In this document: one piece after another, positions 13,484 to 25,240 of the stretch
Layout: each line of letters starts with the position of its first letter
Position numbering within the stretch: the first letter of the stretch is position 1
Assembly: GCA_002269645.1 (NCBI GenBank)
Contig: NIVC01000006.1
Span: 744,001 to 808,000 of the forward strand
Length of the DNA stretch: 64,000 nucleotides
Reading direction: 5' to 3'
Source: Macrostomum lignano
Lineage: Eukaryota
Program-made: the position numbers and the translations under genes
Notes under the pieces: model-generated
What the model saw: only the letters and a program-made list of their open reading frames with translations
What the model was told of the DNA's origin: nothing
The model's database searches: none

Positions 13484-14030
13484 GACTGTTGCCATATCTT
13501 AGCTAATGTTTAATCATGGACTGTTGCCATATCTTAGCTAATGTTTAATCATGGACTGTTGCCATATCTTAGCTAATGTTTAATCATGGACTGTTGCCAT
13601 ATCTTAGCTAATGTTTAATCATGGACTGTTGCCATATCTTAGCTAATGGTTAATCATGGACTGTTGCCATATCTTAGCTAATGGTTAATCATGGACTGTT
13701 GCCATATCTTAGCTAATGGTTAATCATGGACTGTTGCCATATCTTAGCTAATGGTTAACCATGGACTGTTGCCATATCTTAGCTAATGGTTAATCATGGA
13801 CTGTTGCCATATCTTAGCTAATGGTTAATCACGGACTGTTGCCATATCTTAGCTAATGGTTAACCATGGACGGTTGCCATATCTTAGCTAATGGTTAATC
13901 ACGGACTGTTGCCATATCTTAGCTAATGGTTAACCATGGACTGTTGCCATATCTTAGCTACATGTAATGGTTAATCATGGACTGTTGCCATATCTTAGCT
14001 AATGGTTAATCATGGACGGCTTCTATATCT
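13484..14030. repeat. 35-bp satellite, ~15 copies
   Basis: ggactgttgccatatcttagctaatg(t/g)ttaatcat. Confidence 0.95.
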
Positions 14031-14232
14031 TAGCCTAATGGTAATTTAGGTAGTACTATACGCAGATACAGAAGTAATACAGCATATGATAGACAATCTA
14101 TTAACTTCTAACACATAAGAAATCAACTATATAAATATGCTATTGATATTGTGGAACGTTAGTAACACGCGCAAACGAGGGAAGACAAAAATCTACTCGT
14201 CAGTAGTTGAACAGTTAAAAGTCGCACTCGTA

Positions 14233-14301
14233 CTACTTAGAGTAGTTGCGCTCGCCAAATATTGTACTGCCGACGCGTACATTTGTACTGCCCATTTTTA
14301 T
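14233..14301 (-). CDS. PLPBP: Pyridoxal phosphate homeostasis protein, exon 3 (last)
   Basis: Acceptor ttttag|ATA; IKMGSTNVRVGSTIFGERNYSK* carries the YggS/PROSC C-terminal GSTxVRVGSTIFG motif (too short for the ORF track). Confidence 0.92.
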   Translation of the reverse strand: MKMGSTNVRVGSTIFGERNYSK

Positions 14302-14421
14302 CTAAAATTTTAATTGAGGAAAATTAAATACGCAAAATATTCAAATGACACTACTGACAATCTAACCGATAAGTAGAAAGTAAGACTTTGTTTTTAAAAT
14401 AAAAATAAAAATCAAACTCAC

Positions 14422-14691
14422 GGCCAATTCAAAATCGGACGACATGCCCATGCTCAGCTCCAGCTGCTCCTCGCCGCCAAGTTTCAATGCCGCGGTGAGC
14501 TCGCGGCGGCACAAAACCAGCCGTTCAAAATCCGCGTTGCCATCCTCAGCTTGATGCGAAGCTTCCAACGAACCAATTGTCATGAGGCCGGCTAGGCTAA
14601 TTGCCGGGCAATTTTCTAGCAAGTGGCCGGCCAAACCGACCACTTGGTTGGGCTGGCAGCCGTACTTCTGCTCCTCGTTGCTTGTGTTCAC
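14422..14691 (-). CDS. PLPBP: Pyridoxal phosphate homeostasis protein, exon 2
   Basis: VNTSNEEQKYG...LAGLMTIG...LELSMGMSSDFELA; acceptor tatccag, donor GCC|GTGAGT, both phase 0. Confidence 0.92.
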
Positions 14692-14709
14692 CTGGATACA
14701 CGTTGGAGG

Positions 14710-15030
14710 TTAGGGTAGAGGCGAGTGAGAGTACTTTAGGGGTAGAGGGGAACGAATGTACATTATTAGGGGTAGAGGGGAATGAATGTACATTATTAGG
14801 GGTAGAGGGGAATGACTGTACATTGTTAGGGGTAGAATGGAATGAATGTACATTATTAGGGGTACGAAAATTGAAGGCTCAGTGTACATTAATGGGTAGA
14901 ATAGTGGGGCTGAGTGTTCATGTAGATTAATGGGGGAAGAAATTTTGGGGGCCGAGTGTACATAGGGGGTAGGGGGAAATGAGTGTACATCAAGAGGTAG
15001 GAGCAGCGGAGTTTGCGTGTACATTAGGGG
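14710..15030. repeat. 30-bp degenerate intronic minisatellite
   Basis: ggggtagaggggaatgaatgtacattatta. Confidence 0.85.
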
Positions 15031-15207
15031 GTAGAAATAGAAAAAGTGCAGGAGTTGAGTGAGTGTGCGTATGTGGGGTTGAGGTGTAGGTTGGGATCAG
15101 GATCAGATTGGGATGAGATGTAGGTTGTTAACAGACGTTAATTTTACTATAAACAACTAAAAAAATGCTGAATAAAGCTAATCCGTCACACTGAGCACAT
15201 GTCTCAC

Positions 15208-15639
15208 CTGAATAAACACTCTCAATTTGCTACCTGACTCATAGGCGGAGGTCTTGGTCCACTCTTTGTGCAGCAGATTTGCTAATTTTTCAGAATCTAC
15301 CGTTTCCATAGTATCCAAATTGTTAACCTGGGATAAACGTTTCACATTCTTTGACTGACAATGACCGATAAAATGCCAGCGAATGTCCGGGCACTGCGAC
15401 TGGATCTCGGGGCTGTGGGATTTCTCGTACAATTCTTGAACATAGTTCTCGCCAAAGTGCCTCTGGCCAGCCGAGTAGGCGGCTACAATATCGGATATCG
15501 GCTTGGTTTTCGACACGGCAACCAAGCGAGGGAGCTGCTTGGCCGAGCCGCCCGAAGCTGCGGCAGCCGCGCTAGCGATTCGCTGGAGCACGGACTGAAG
15601 ACGGGAGGCAACCTCGGTGCCGCCAGTGACCACGGACAT
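15208..15639 (-). CDS. PLPBP: Pyridoxal phosphate homeostasis protein (YggS/PROSC family), exon 1
   Basis: LVAVSKTKP (PLP lysine), FGENYVQE, WHFIGHCQSKNVK, ETVDSEKLA; ATG 15639; donor CAG|GTGAGA; spliced product 256 aa. Confidence 0.93.
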
Positions 15640-15664
15640 TTCTTGCTGCTGTGGCTGAAATACC

Positions 15665-16375
15665 AAAGATACCCCCAGCAGTGGAATATAGATACCCACA
15701 GTAGCGGAATATAGATACCCACACCCTGGAATATAGATACCCACAACCCTGGAATATAGATACCCACAGCAGCGGAATATAGATACACACAGCACTGGAA
15801 TATAGGTACCCACAGCAGTGGAATATAGATACCCACAACATGGAGTGTAGATACCCACAGCACTGGGATATATACCCACAGTACAGGAATATAGATACCC
15901 ACAGTACAGGAATATAGATACCCACAGCACAGGAATACAGATACCCACAGTACAGGAATATAGATACCCACAGTACAGGAATATAGATACCTACAACACT
16001 CGAATATAGATACCCACAGCACAGGAATATAGATACCCACAGTACAGGAATATAGATACCCATAACACTCGAATATAGATACCCACAACACTCGAATATA
16101 GATACCCACAACACTCGAATATAGATACCCACAACACTCGAATATAGATACCCACAACACTCGAATATAGATACCCACAACACTCGAATATAGATACCCA
16201 CAACACTCGAATATAGATACCCACAACACTCGAATATAGATACCCACAACAATGGGATATAGATACCCACAGCACAGGAATATAGATACCTACAACATTC
16301 GAATATAGATACCCACAGCACTGGGATATAGATACCCACAACACTCAAATATAGATACCCACAGCAGCATCTTAG
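15665..16375. repeat. 22-bp satellite abutting the PLPBP 5' acceptor
   Basis: ggaatatagatacccaca(g/a)cac repeated. Confidence 0.95.
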
Positions 16376-17189
16376 CACATAAATCATAGCTCATAAATCA
16401 AGATAGCTTAATAAGCCAGCTAAAACTGTTACATAATCAGATCAAATTATCACATAAAAAAGACACCACTAATCCATGGCAAAATTCAGTGCATATTTTA
16501 TCTACAAATCCTTTTTTATACACGCGGCCTTTTAAAACACAAAAATAATGCTTGCGAACATCAGTGTAAAAAAACAATAATGGAAACAAATAAAAAGTGT
16601 GCTAATGCGTAATATCGCAGATAAAAGTAACTGAGCAAGTGCAGTACATGTACTTCTAACTAATTCGCTTAGATCATAAAAATGAAGGTGACACAGTGGT
16701 AAAAAATAATCAGCCACATCAGATTTGCATTGGTGTGTCAGGGAGTTTGAGAGGATTAAATAATAATATTTTTCCTTTTAGATTTACAACCATTGCGCGT
16801 GAAATTTTATTAATTATTTCGAAGTGTTGTTATTATACTACTAAAAATATTATGTGCATAATATATACAGTAAAATTATCTTTTGTACAAAGATTACAGC
16901 AACAATGTGGACAGAATTGCCATAACGCTGCGATCTGCGGAATCTCACAGAAAAAAATATGGGAATCTCAATTAACAAAGGAGAATACCTAAAAAACAAG
17001 ATGCATCTCATAACGAAGGAAATTCTTTGCAGCAAATTATAATTTTCACGACAAGGGGGACCTCAAAACAAAGAATCGCACATGAAAAGGAATCCTCGAA
17101 CGATAGGAAATCTCAAATTCATGATGGCAAACTTCAGAGCAAGGGAATCTTAAAGCAACGGAGAATCACACAGCATAGAGAATTTCAGC

Positions 17190-17680
17190 AATGGGGAATC
17201 TCAAAACAAGGGAAATCTCACATCGAGGGAACCCTAAGGCAAGGGGAATTTTCAAACAAGGGGAATCCCAAGACAAGGGGAATCTCAAAACAAGGGGAAT
17301 TTCTAAACAAGGGAAATCCCAAGACAAGGGGAATTTCCAAACAAGGGGAATCTCAAAGCAAGAAAATTTCCAACCAAGGGGAATCTCAAGACAAGGGGAA
17401 TTTCCGAACAAAGGGGAATCTCAAAGCAATGGGAATTTCTAAACAAGGGGAATCTAAAGACAAGGGGAATCTCAAAACAAGGGGATTTCCAAAAAGTGGA
17501 ATCTCAAAACAAGGGAATTTCCAAACAAGGGGACTCTCAAAACAAGGGGAATTTCCAAACAAGGGGACTCTCAAAACAAGGGGGATTTCCAAAAAGTGGA
17601 ATCTCAAAACAAGGGAATTTCCAAACAAGGGGACTCTCAAAACAAGGGGAATCTCAAAACAAGGGGAATCTCAAAACAAT
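17190..17680. repeat. ~19-bp degenerate satellite (aaacaaggggaatctcaa-like)
   Basis: Tandem repetition. Confidence 0.85.
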
Positions 17681-17820
17681 AAAAAATAGGGTAAAAATGA
17701 CATGACAACACAAACTTTAAATCTACGATAGAAATAATGTAAAAAACTTATCTAATAAACTTCAAAGTAAGAAGCCGGTAAATTCTGCTACCGCTGTTAA
17801 CGAAAACCCTTTAAACCACT

Positions 17821-18270
17821 TCAAAAAGAATTCGGAGCAACAGCGTTTAGATCGCGAAACACGGTGGAATTCTTTCGTTTCCTTGACAACGCCGCAATGC
17901 CTCCCAATACGCCGCCGCCGGGCGAAACAGAAGCGGCGGTGGAGTCAGCAGCCCGCGGCATCGGCAGGCACTCGGCCAGCAGAATGCCGCCAGATTGGCC
18001 CAATCCGTCTTCTATGATATCGTCACAGAGCTTCATTCGTTTTGGCGGACTCGGACAGCACAGACCCGCGTGTTTGTAACTTTTGTCTTTGTCTTTGTCC
18101 CCATCGGACTGGCCGGTATTGCCTAAGCAGACGGCGCTGGTCATTGTTGGAGATCGAGAGGGGAACAGCAGCAGGCTGGGGAAATTCCTGCTAAGCCACG
18201 AGGTCCCGATGGCGCCCGTGTTATTGACGCGGCAATTGATACCGCTTTTACACCTGTCTGCCCCGCACAT
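17821..18270 (-). CDS. Orphan 149-aa ORF, single exon, with basic NLS-like motifs
   Basis: GC-rich open frame in AT-rich flanks, gccATG context, SPPKRMK and RKRK motifs; no family recognised. Confidence 0.4.
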   Translation of the reverse strand: MCGADRCKSGINCRVNNTGAIGTSWLSRNFPSLLLFPSRSPTMTSAVCLGNTGQSDGDKDKDKSYKHAGLCCPSPPKRMKLCDDIIEDGLGQSGGILLAECLPMPRAADSTAASVSPGGGVLGGIAALSRKRKNSTVFRDLNAVAPNSF

Positions 18271-18419
18271 GGCTTTCAGTTATTACTGTTTGAGTAGTGA
18301 TTTTAAGTCTGCGACGCAGTTGCGCGTGGTAGTTTGAGAAACCTCATGCAAGATTATTAGCATGAACTCAAGTTTGCATTGTTTGTAAATCAATTATCAG
18401 ATCCACTTGTTCATCCGTC

Positions 18420-19122
18420 TCTCTGTCAGTCTGTCTGCCCGTCTGCCTGTCTGTCTGCCTGTGTCTGTCTGTCTGGCTGGCTATCTATCTATCTATCTGT
18501 ATGTCTCTCTGTCTGTCTGCATGCCTGTCTGTCTGCCCGTCTGCCTGTCTGTCTGCCTGTGTCTGTCTGTCTGGCTGGCTATCTATCTATCTATCTGTAT
18601 GTCTCTCTGTCTGTCTGCATGCCTGTCTGTCTGCCCGTCTGCCTGTCTGTCTGCCTGTGTCTGTCTGTCTGGCTGGCTATCTATCTATCTATCTGTATGT
18701 CTCTCTGTCTGTCTGCATGCCTGTCTGTCTGCCCGTCTGCCTGTCTGTCTGCCTGTGTCTGTCTGTCTGGCTGGCTATCTATCTATATATCTGTATGTCT
18801 CTCTGTCTGTCTGCATGCCTGTCTGTCTGCCCGTCTGCCTGTCTGTCTGCCTGTGTCTGTCTGTCTGGCTGGCTATCTATCTATCTATCTATCTGTATGT
18901 CTATCTGTCTGTCTGCATGCCTGTCTGTCTGCCCGTCTGTCTATCTGCCCGTTTTTTTATGTCTGCCTATTTGTCTGTCTGCCTGTCTGTCTGGCTATCC
19001 ATCTGTCTGTCTGTTTGTCTGTCTTGCTCCCTTTCTCCCTCCCTCCCTATCTGTCTGTCTGCCTGTCTGTCTGTCTGTCTGTCTGTCTGCCTGTCTGTCT
19101 GTCTGCTGTCTGTCTGTCTGCC

Positions 19123-19155
<33 letters not shown>

Positions 19156-19225
19156 GCTGTCTGTCTGCCTGTCTGTCTGCTGTCTGACTGTCTGTCTGCT
19201 GTCTGTCTGCCTGCCTGCCTGCTTG
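18420..19225. repeat. (CTGT)n/(CTAT)n compound microsatellite with higher-order periodicity
   Basis: Tandem tetranucleotide blocks. Confidence 0.95.
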
Positions 19226-19534
19226 CCAGAAAAGAATGTTACATGCTTTTTAATCTAGCTGAGATACTGGACCACTGAGAATTTTCCTACGAGCAAACTG
19301 CCCTAAATAAAAAGTAAATAAATGAATAAACGAAAATTTGACCTACAAAATCCCAAGCTGTCGTGATGATGCTGGCTTTATTAAAAACACCTGATACAAT
19401 ACACACAATGAGTATTGATAGAACAGGCTTTCAAACGCCGACACAAATACGACGCCGTAACGAAATGCGAAAGAGACAAGTACAGAACCATTTGCTTAAT
19501 TCCAAGCTATAATCAAGGACATACATATTGACAC

Positions 19535-20584
19535 CACAGGTACTAGAATAGCTACGCTTTCGTCTATTTTTTCAGTTTCATGATTAACATTTTTTGTTAT
19601 TTTATTTGCTAAAATAAAAAAACAATACATTTTACAACTTACTTTAATTTTTGAAGCTGATAACAAACAGACCCACTTAATTGGCAACTTTAACTTGAAA
19701 AAAGTTGAAAGTTGCAAAACCTGAAAATCCAGTGCGTGCATACCAAACAAGCGAGAAAAGGGTGGGCCCCAGCCCCCAGCCAGTCCGATAAACAGTTAGG
19801 CTTTCCTCTTGCCCCGCTGGTGTCTGACTCTCCTTACTGCTCTCTCATTGGCTGAGCTAGATTGGGCCTGCGCCCTAGGTTGAGTTTCGTCCGTCTGACT
19901 TTGACCTCTCTCCTTACTGCTCTCTCATTGGCTGAGCTAGATTGGGCCTGCGCCCTAGGTTGAGTTTCGTCCGTCTGACTTTGACCTCTCTCCTTACTGC
20001 TCTCTCATTGGCTGAGCTAGATTGGGCCTGCGCCCTAGGTTAAGTTTCGTCCGTCTGACTTTGACCTCTCTCCTTACTGCTCTCTCATTGGCTGAGCTAG
20101 ATTGGGCCTGCGCCCTAGGTTGAGTTTCGTCCGTCTGACTTTGACCTCTCTCCTTACTGCTCTCTCATTGGCTGAGCTAGATTGGGCCTGCGCCCTAGGT
20201 TGAGTTTCGTCCGTCTGACTTTGACCTCTCTCCTTACTGCTCTCTCATTGGCTGAGCTAGATTGGGCCTGCGCCCTAGGTTGAGTTTCGTCCGTCTGACT
20301 TTGACCTCTCTCGTTACTGCTCTCTCATTGGCTGAGCTAGATTGGGCCTGCCCCCTAGGCTGAGTTTTGTCCGCCTTGCGTTCACTTGTGTAAATCGAGT
20401 TAAATGCTTGTTGTTCATTTTAACCCCCTATGCTCCTGAGGCTTTTAAATCCCGAGGCAAAGAAATATTAGCTACCACATTAAATTAGAGTAACGCTGAG
20501 CAGACCAACTAATGACAAAAGAGTAGATAGTTCTAATTTTTCACAACTTTAATTGCGAGTGGTACAATCAATCTAGTATTTATA
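19535..20584 (-). mobile_element. Non-autonomous TIR element (copy B), CACAG terminus, 8-bp TSD, ~7 x 80-bp internal array
   Basis: CACAGGTACTAGAATAGCTA at 19535, degenerate inverse CTAGTATTTATA ending 20584, flanked by ATTGACAC at 19527-19534 and 20585-20592. Confidence 0.75.
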
Positions 20585-20605
20585 ATTGACACTGGAAGCG
20601 AAGCA

Positions 20606-21305
20606 TTAGGCCTGGGAAAACTCCACTACAGTTTGAACAAAACTATCGAAATCTTCAGAGACGACTTTAGCCGACTTCTTAGCATTGATAATTTGGCACA
20701 ATAACTCTGGTATTGGAGGAGCGGATGCTTGAACTGAGTCGCTATGCTCGGACAGCAGTTCGCCAGTGAGACGCAGCACCAACAGTTGAAGGTCGCCAAT
20801 ACCATCTTCATCATCATCATCAGCATCCTCGGCAATATTCGAATCGAATTCATTCGGCGAACAGCTGACAATATGACGCAACGAATTGACAATCAAAGCC
20901 TGAGCTACAGAGCAGCTAGGCGTAGGACTCAAATTCAATAACAGGCTTAGCCTCAGAGAGGCGAGGCCAAGCACTAGAATGGACAAGAAGTTGTTGGCAC
21001 ACAAACGATTATTTCCAGAGCCAATTGAAACAGTCAGATAGTCTGTCAGACTAGCTATCATGTCAGTCAGTTGTTGGCCATCAAAGCACAAGTTGGAGGC
21101 GTCCTCTTCAGCCGAGTGCATCTGACCCAGAGTGAGGTTCAGCAGCACATTCGCCAGAGGAGACAGGGCGCTGGACGATGAGGCAGCAAGTTGACGAGCG
21201 AGACAGTCAGACATCAGGTAGCGAACTAACTGGCGACTACTCTTGCGAAGAAGCTCGACGCCATCGTCTGAGGAGGTGAGGGTGCACAGGTAGGGCAGGG
21301 CGGCT
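20606..21305 (-). CDS. NCDN: Neurochondrin, last exon
   Basis: Acceptor cccgcag|A, phase 2; AALPYLCTLTSSDDGVELL resembles NCDN LLLPGWCHLTVEDGPREIL; TAA at 20606. Confidence 0.75.
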
Positions 21306-21492
21306 CTGCGGGAGGTTCAATAAGCATGTCTGAGGTTATAGTCTAGTGATAATATGATTTATGATTTAGATCTATTTTAGATCTATGATTTATGATTTAT
21401 TAATAAATCTTCATGGATAGCAACCCCATTTTAATTTTTTATCCTTAATTGAGCACTTGCAGATCATCACATATCTACATAGACTGAGTTAC

Positions 21493-23105
21493 CTGGCAAC
21501 GTCATCAGCATCCTCAGAATCCACGGCATCGTTCGGTCCTTCAGCTCCCATCAGCCAGCCAAGCAGCTGTACAAACGCGCCCCGCTTACGACAGCTCTTG
21601 CTGTTGAATTCATCATCATTGCCCACCCGTTCGCGAATCTGTTCGGCAAGTTCATCGCCTTCGCTCAGCCACAGGCAGAGGCAGCGGGAGCAGGCGGCCA
21701 AGAACAGTCGCTGAGGCCGATTCGAACCAGCGTAAGCAGCTGTCAGCGGCGATTTCATAACTGCAGAAGCTCCAGCAACAAGACGATCCAATAGAAGATC
21801 AAAAGCGTCGCTGAGACGAGTAAGTAATCGCTCAAAATAATCCGGTCGTTGATCGGCGCCACGGTCCGATTGCTGCTGCTCCAACAATCGGCGAATAGTT
21901 TCTTCTAGTAGAACGAAACAAGCGCCAAGAGTTTCGCGATGCTGCGAACTCGCGATTACAAGTTCAAATGCTCGGTCGCTTTCGTCCGCAAGATTTAATC
22001 GGACATCAACTTCCAAAGCGGCCAACGAGCCGATCAGGTAGAGCAGCTCCGATTCGGCCACTGCACCAGAGCTCGCCTTGCTATCAACAATGTCCGCAAG
22101 ACCACGCTTGCTAGCCGAAGCTAAATTGGCTAATAGCGACAGACTGACAGCTCGAAGACTGCGGTTGCCAAGGAGACTGGGCATCAAAGGACGCAACTGC
22201 TCGGTTAGACGACCAGACGAAATTTTGACGCAGTTTGGCGTAACGTAGGACAACAGCTGACTGACGAATTCGAGGATATCCGCCGTGCCGGGTAATTGGG
22301 AATCCTCGGTCGGGGATTTCCCTTGGGATTCCCCGCTTGAGGATTTCCCTTGGGATTCCCCGGATTGGGTTTTCCCTTGGGAATCATCAGTTGGGGATTT
22401 CCCTTGGGATTCCCCACGTGAAGAGTTCCCTTGATCGGACTGCTTTGTCTTGGACAGTTCAGCTTGAAACTCTTCGACAAGCTCAGCGGTTAGGTTAGAG
22501 AGCAGCTTGTCAACAGATGGAGCCACTCGATCAAGCATGCCGGCAAAAGCGCACCGATCCAACGCCACCAGCGCTAGCCTCAGGCTGCTATCCCACTCCG
22601 GCAGCCGGTTGAGCACAGATTCCACAAGAGTTCCCACTAGCGGCGAATCTGCCAAGAACTCTCTGCACTGATCCAGCTCTAATCCACAGGCGATAAAGTA
22701 CAGCGCCTGGTGAAGCTGCTCAACAAGTTGGCGAATCTCCTCGGATTGAGCGGCAGCCGGCTGCCACCGAGCCAGGCATCGGCAGAGGCCATTCAGCAGG
22801 TCGGGGAAATCCGCCCGGCCAGCCAGTCCGGCCAAGTCTCGCTCGGCCAAGTGTCCGATAATCGAGGCCGCGGCGGAGACGTGCGCCAGCGTGTCCGCAT
22901 CGTCGCCGTCGCCCTCGCCGTCGCGGTCGACTAGAAGCAGGCGTAGCAAAAATTTGGTATCGATATGAGCAAATACTGAGCTGCTCTCGGGGGCGCTGAA
23001 TGCGGCCAGCTGACGGGCGGTGAGCAGTAGAGCGGCCACCCGGTCATTGTCTGTGCCGGCTTTGGCCAGCGCCTTAGCGCATAGAGCTGCGGCTGATTGG
23101 CGCGA
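21493..23105 (-). CDS. NCDN: Neurochondrin, large first coding exon (no ATG at start)
   Basis: ALAKAGTDNDRVAALLL..TKFLLRLL ~ NCDN ALREAKNDSEQFAALLL..FTFPNRLL; LAALEVDVRLNL..ACFVLLE..SRCLCLWLSE ~ LACVEVRLAL..ACYALME..VRILGAWLAE; acceptor ttacttttcag|TCG, donor AG|GTAACT. Confidence 0.8.
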
Positions 23106-23226
23106 CTGAAAAGTAAATTAGTAATATTTCAATATGCTGCTAAGAATCCTAATCGCACTACTTATAGCAGCATGGTCGGGAAACTCAACAGAGGTCTGCA
23201 AAAAGCCTCTCCAACCAGCCCTCGGG

Positions 23227-23890
23227 TCCTTTGAAACTTCACAATAACAATCCGGCCTGTGTCGCTTCTCCCCCTTCTCTCATCTCTCCTTTCTTGTCTC
23301 TTCTCTTCCCATTCTCTAATCTCTCTTTTCTCTCGCCCTTCTCTCTTCTCTCTCCATTCTATCTTCTCTCCTCTCTTCTCTCTCCATTCTATCTTCTCTC
23401 CTCTCTTCTCTCTTCTCTCTTCTCTCTCCATTCTATCTTCTCTCCTCTCTTCTCTCTTCTCTCCCCTCTTCTCTCATCTCTCCTTTCTTCTCTCCCATTC
23501 TCTCTTGTCTCCCCCGCCCCTTCTCTCCCCCTTTCTCTTTTGTCTCCTCTCTTCTCTCATCTCTCCCCTCTTCTCTCATCTCTCCCCTATTCTTTCTTCT
23601 CTCCCCTCTTCTCTCTTCTCTCCTCCCTTTGCTCTTTTCCTCTCTATTCGCTTCTCTCTTCTCTCCTCCCTTTATCTTCTCACTTCTCTCCCCTCTTTTC
23701 TCTCTCTCCTTATCTCTACTTCGTTTCCATCGCTCGTCTTATCTCTCAGTTCTTCGCCTCTCTCGCAATCTTACCTTTCATTGCTAATCTTCTTCTCTCC
23801 TCTATCTCCCCTTTTCCTTCCCTCACTCGCCTGGCCCACAGCCATGAGCTGGATTCTTTATCTAGCGCTTGATATAAGTCTGCCGACCCC
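23227..23890. repeat. CT-rich polypyrimidine element with conserved ends (copy 1)
   Basis: TCCTTTGAAACTTCA ... CT tract ... GCCATGAGCTGGATTCTTTATCT, same ends as 43583-45058. Confidence 0.75.
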
Positions 23891-24206
23891 TGTCACATAG
23901 CAGAGGGGTGCAAATGAAAAAAATTCACAAAAGACGTTTAAAATCGTGAATTAGCTTTAAATGTGTGCTTATTATTTAAGAAAATTCAGTGTAAAAATAT
24001 TATTAAAACTTATTATTCTGTAAATACAGAATTAGATAGAATACCGGATATGAAGCATGCAAACTATTGAAACAAAATCATTCAATGGCAATGATTTATA
24101 TATAAAAATCTGAATCTAATGGAATAATCAAACTCTTATTATAGAAATGCTTACTATTGATTCGAATAGCTCTTTACGAATAGATAACGCTCGCAATAAC
24201 TAATAT

Positions 24207-24299
24207 TTATGGTTGCTGCCGTCCGTTTTTTTGCCGCGCGTAAAGCTGCTGCAGTGCTTTCATTTGTTCCACCAATGAGGCCAATTCTGATGGTGACTT
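24207..24299 (-). CDS. GNPTG: GlcNAc-1-phosphotransferase gamma subunit, exon 4 (last)
   Basis: Acceptor ttcccag|AAG, phase 0; KSPSELASLVEQMKALQQLYARQKNGRQQP* is a coiled-coil-like tail like that of GNPTG. Confidence 0.65.
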   Translation of the reverse strand, partial: KSPSELASLVEQMKALQQLYARQKNGRQQP

Positions 24300-24314
24300 C
24301 TGGGAATGGAAAAT

Positions 24315-25050
24315 GTAATTGCTACTCATTTAGCGACTCATTTGACTACTCATTTATCTACTCATGAAGCTACTCATTTATCTACTCCTTTAGCTACTGA
24401 TTTAGCTACTGATTTAGCGACTCATTTGACTACTCATTTATCTACTCCTTTAGCTACTGATTTAGCTACTGATTTAGCGACTCATTTGACTACTCATTTA
24501 TCTACTCATTAAGCTACTCATTTATCTACTCCTTTAGCTACTCCTTTAGCTACTGATTTAGCGACTCATTTGACTACTCATTTATCTACTCATTAAGCTA
24601 CTCATTTATCTACTCATTTATCTACTCATTTATCTACTCCTTTAGCTACTGATTTAGCAACTCATTTGACTACTCATTTATCTACTCATTTATCTACTCC
24701 TTTAGCTACTCATTTAGCGACTCATTTGACTACTCATTTATCTACTCATGAAGCTACTCATTTAGCGACTCATTTGACTACTCATTTATCTACTCCTTTA
24801 GCTACTCAGTTATCTACTTATTTAGCTACTCTGTTATCTACATATTTAGCTACTCAGTTATCTACTCATAAAGCCACTCAGTTATCTACTCATATAGCTA
24901 GTCAGCTATCTACTTATTTAGCTACTCAGTTATCTACTTGTTTATCTACTCATTTATCTACTCATTTAGCTACTCATTTAGCTACTTATATATCTATTTA
25001 GTTATCTATTATCTACTCATTTATCTACTCATTTAGCTACTCATTTAGCA
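24315..25050. repeat. 12-bp intronic satellite (ctactcatttag/ctactcatttat)
   Basis: Tandem repetition. Confidence 0.93.
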
Positions 25051-25081
25051 ACTAACTAATAAAAGGAAGGGCTAAGCTTAC

Positions 25082-25240
25082 TGTATACGCTTCAACAGAC
25101 GCTTCAGTGAAAGCAGCTGATACTACTAACTCAGTAGAATAAGCAGGTGTTGCAGATGATTTCACTTGATTAGGAAATTTTCGAGTGTCAGAAAGCAGGC
25201 CAACTCTAAATATTAAATTGTCCAACAGCAATTCGTAACT
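25082..25240 (-). CDS. GNPTG: GlcNAc-1-phosphotransferase gamma subunit, exon 3
   Basis: SYELLLDNLIFRVGLL ~ GNPTG GHEKLLRTLFEDAGYL; acceptor attgcag, donor ACA|GTAAGC, 159 nt, phase 0/0. Confidence 0.75.

Noticed and set aside
23161-23175. ATG at 23173 as the NCDN start
   Set aside because: Reads ATG CTG CTA TAA and terminates before the donor-like GTAGTG
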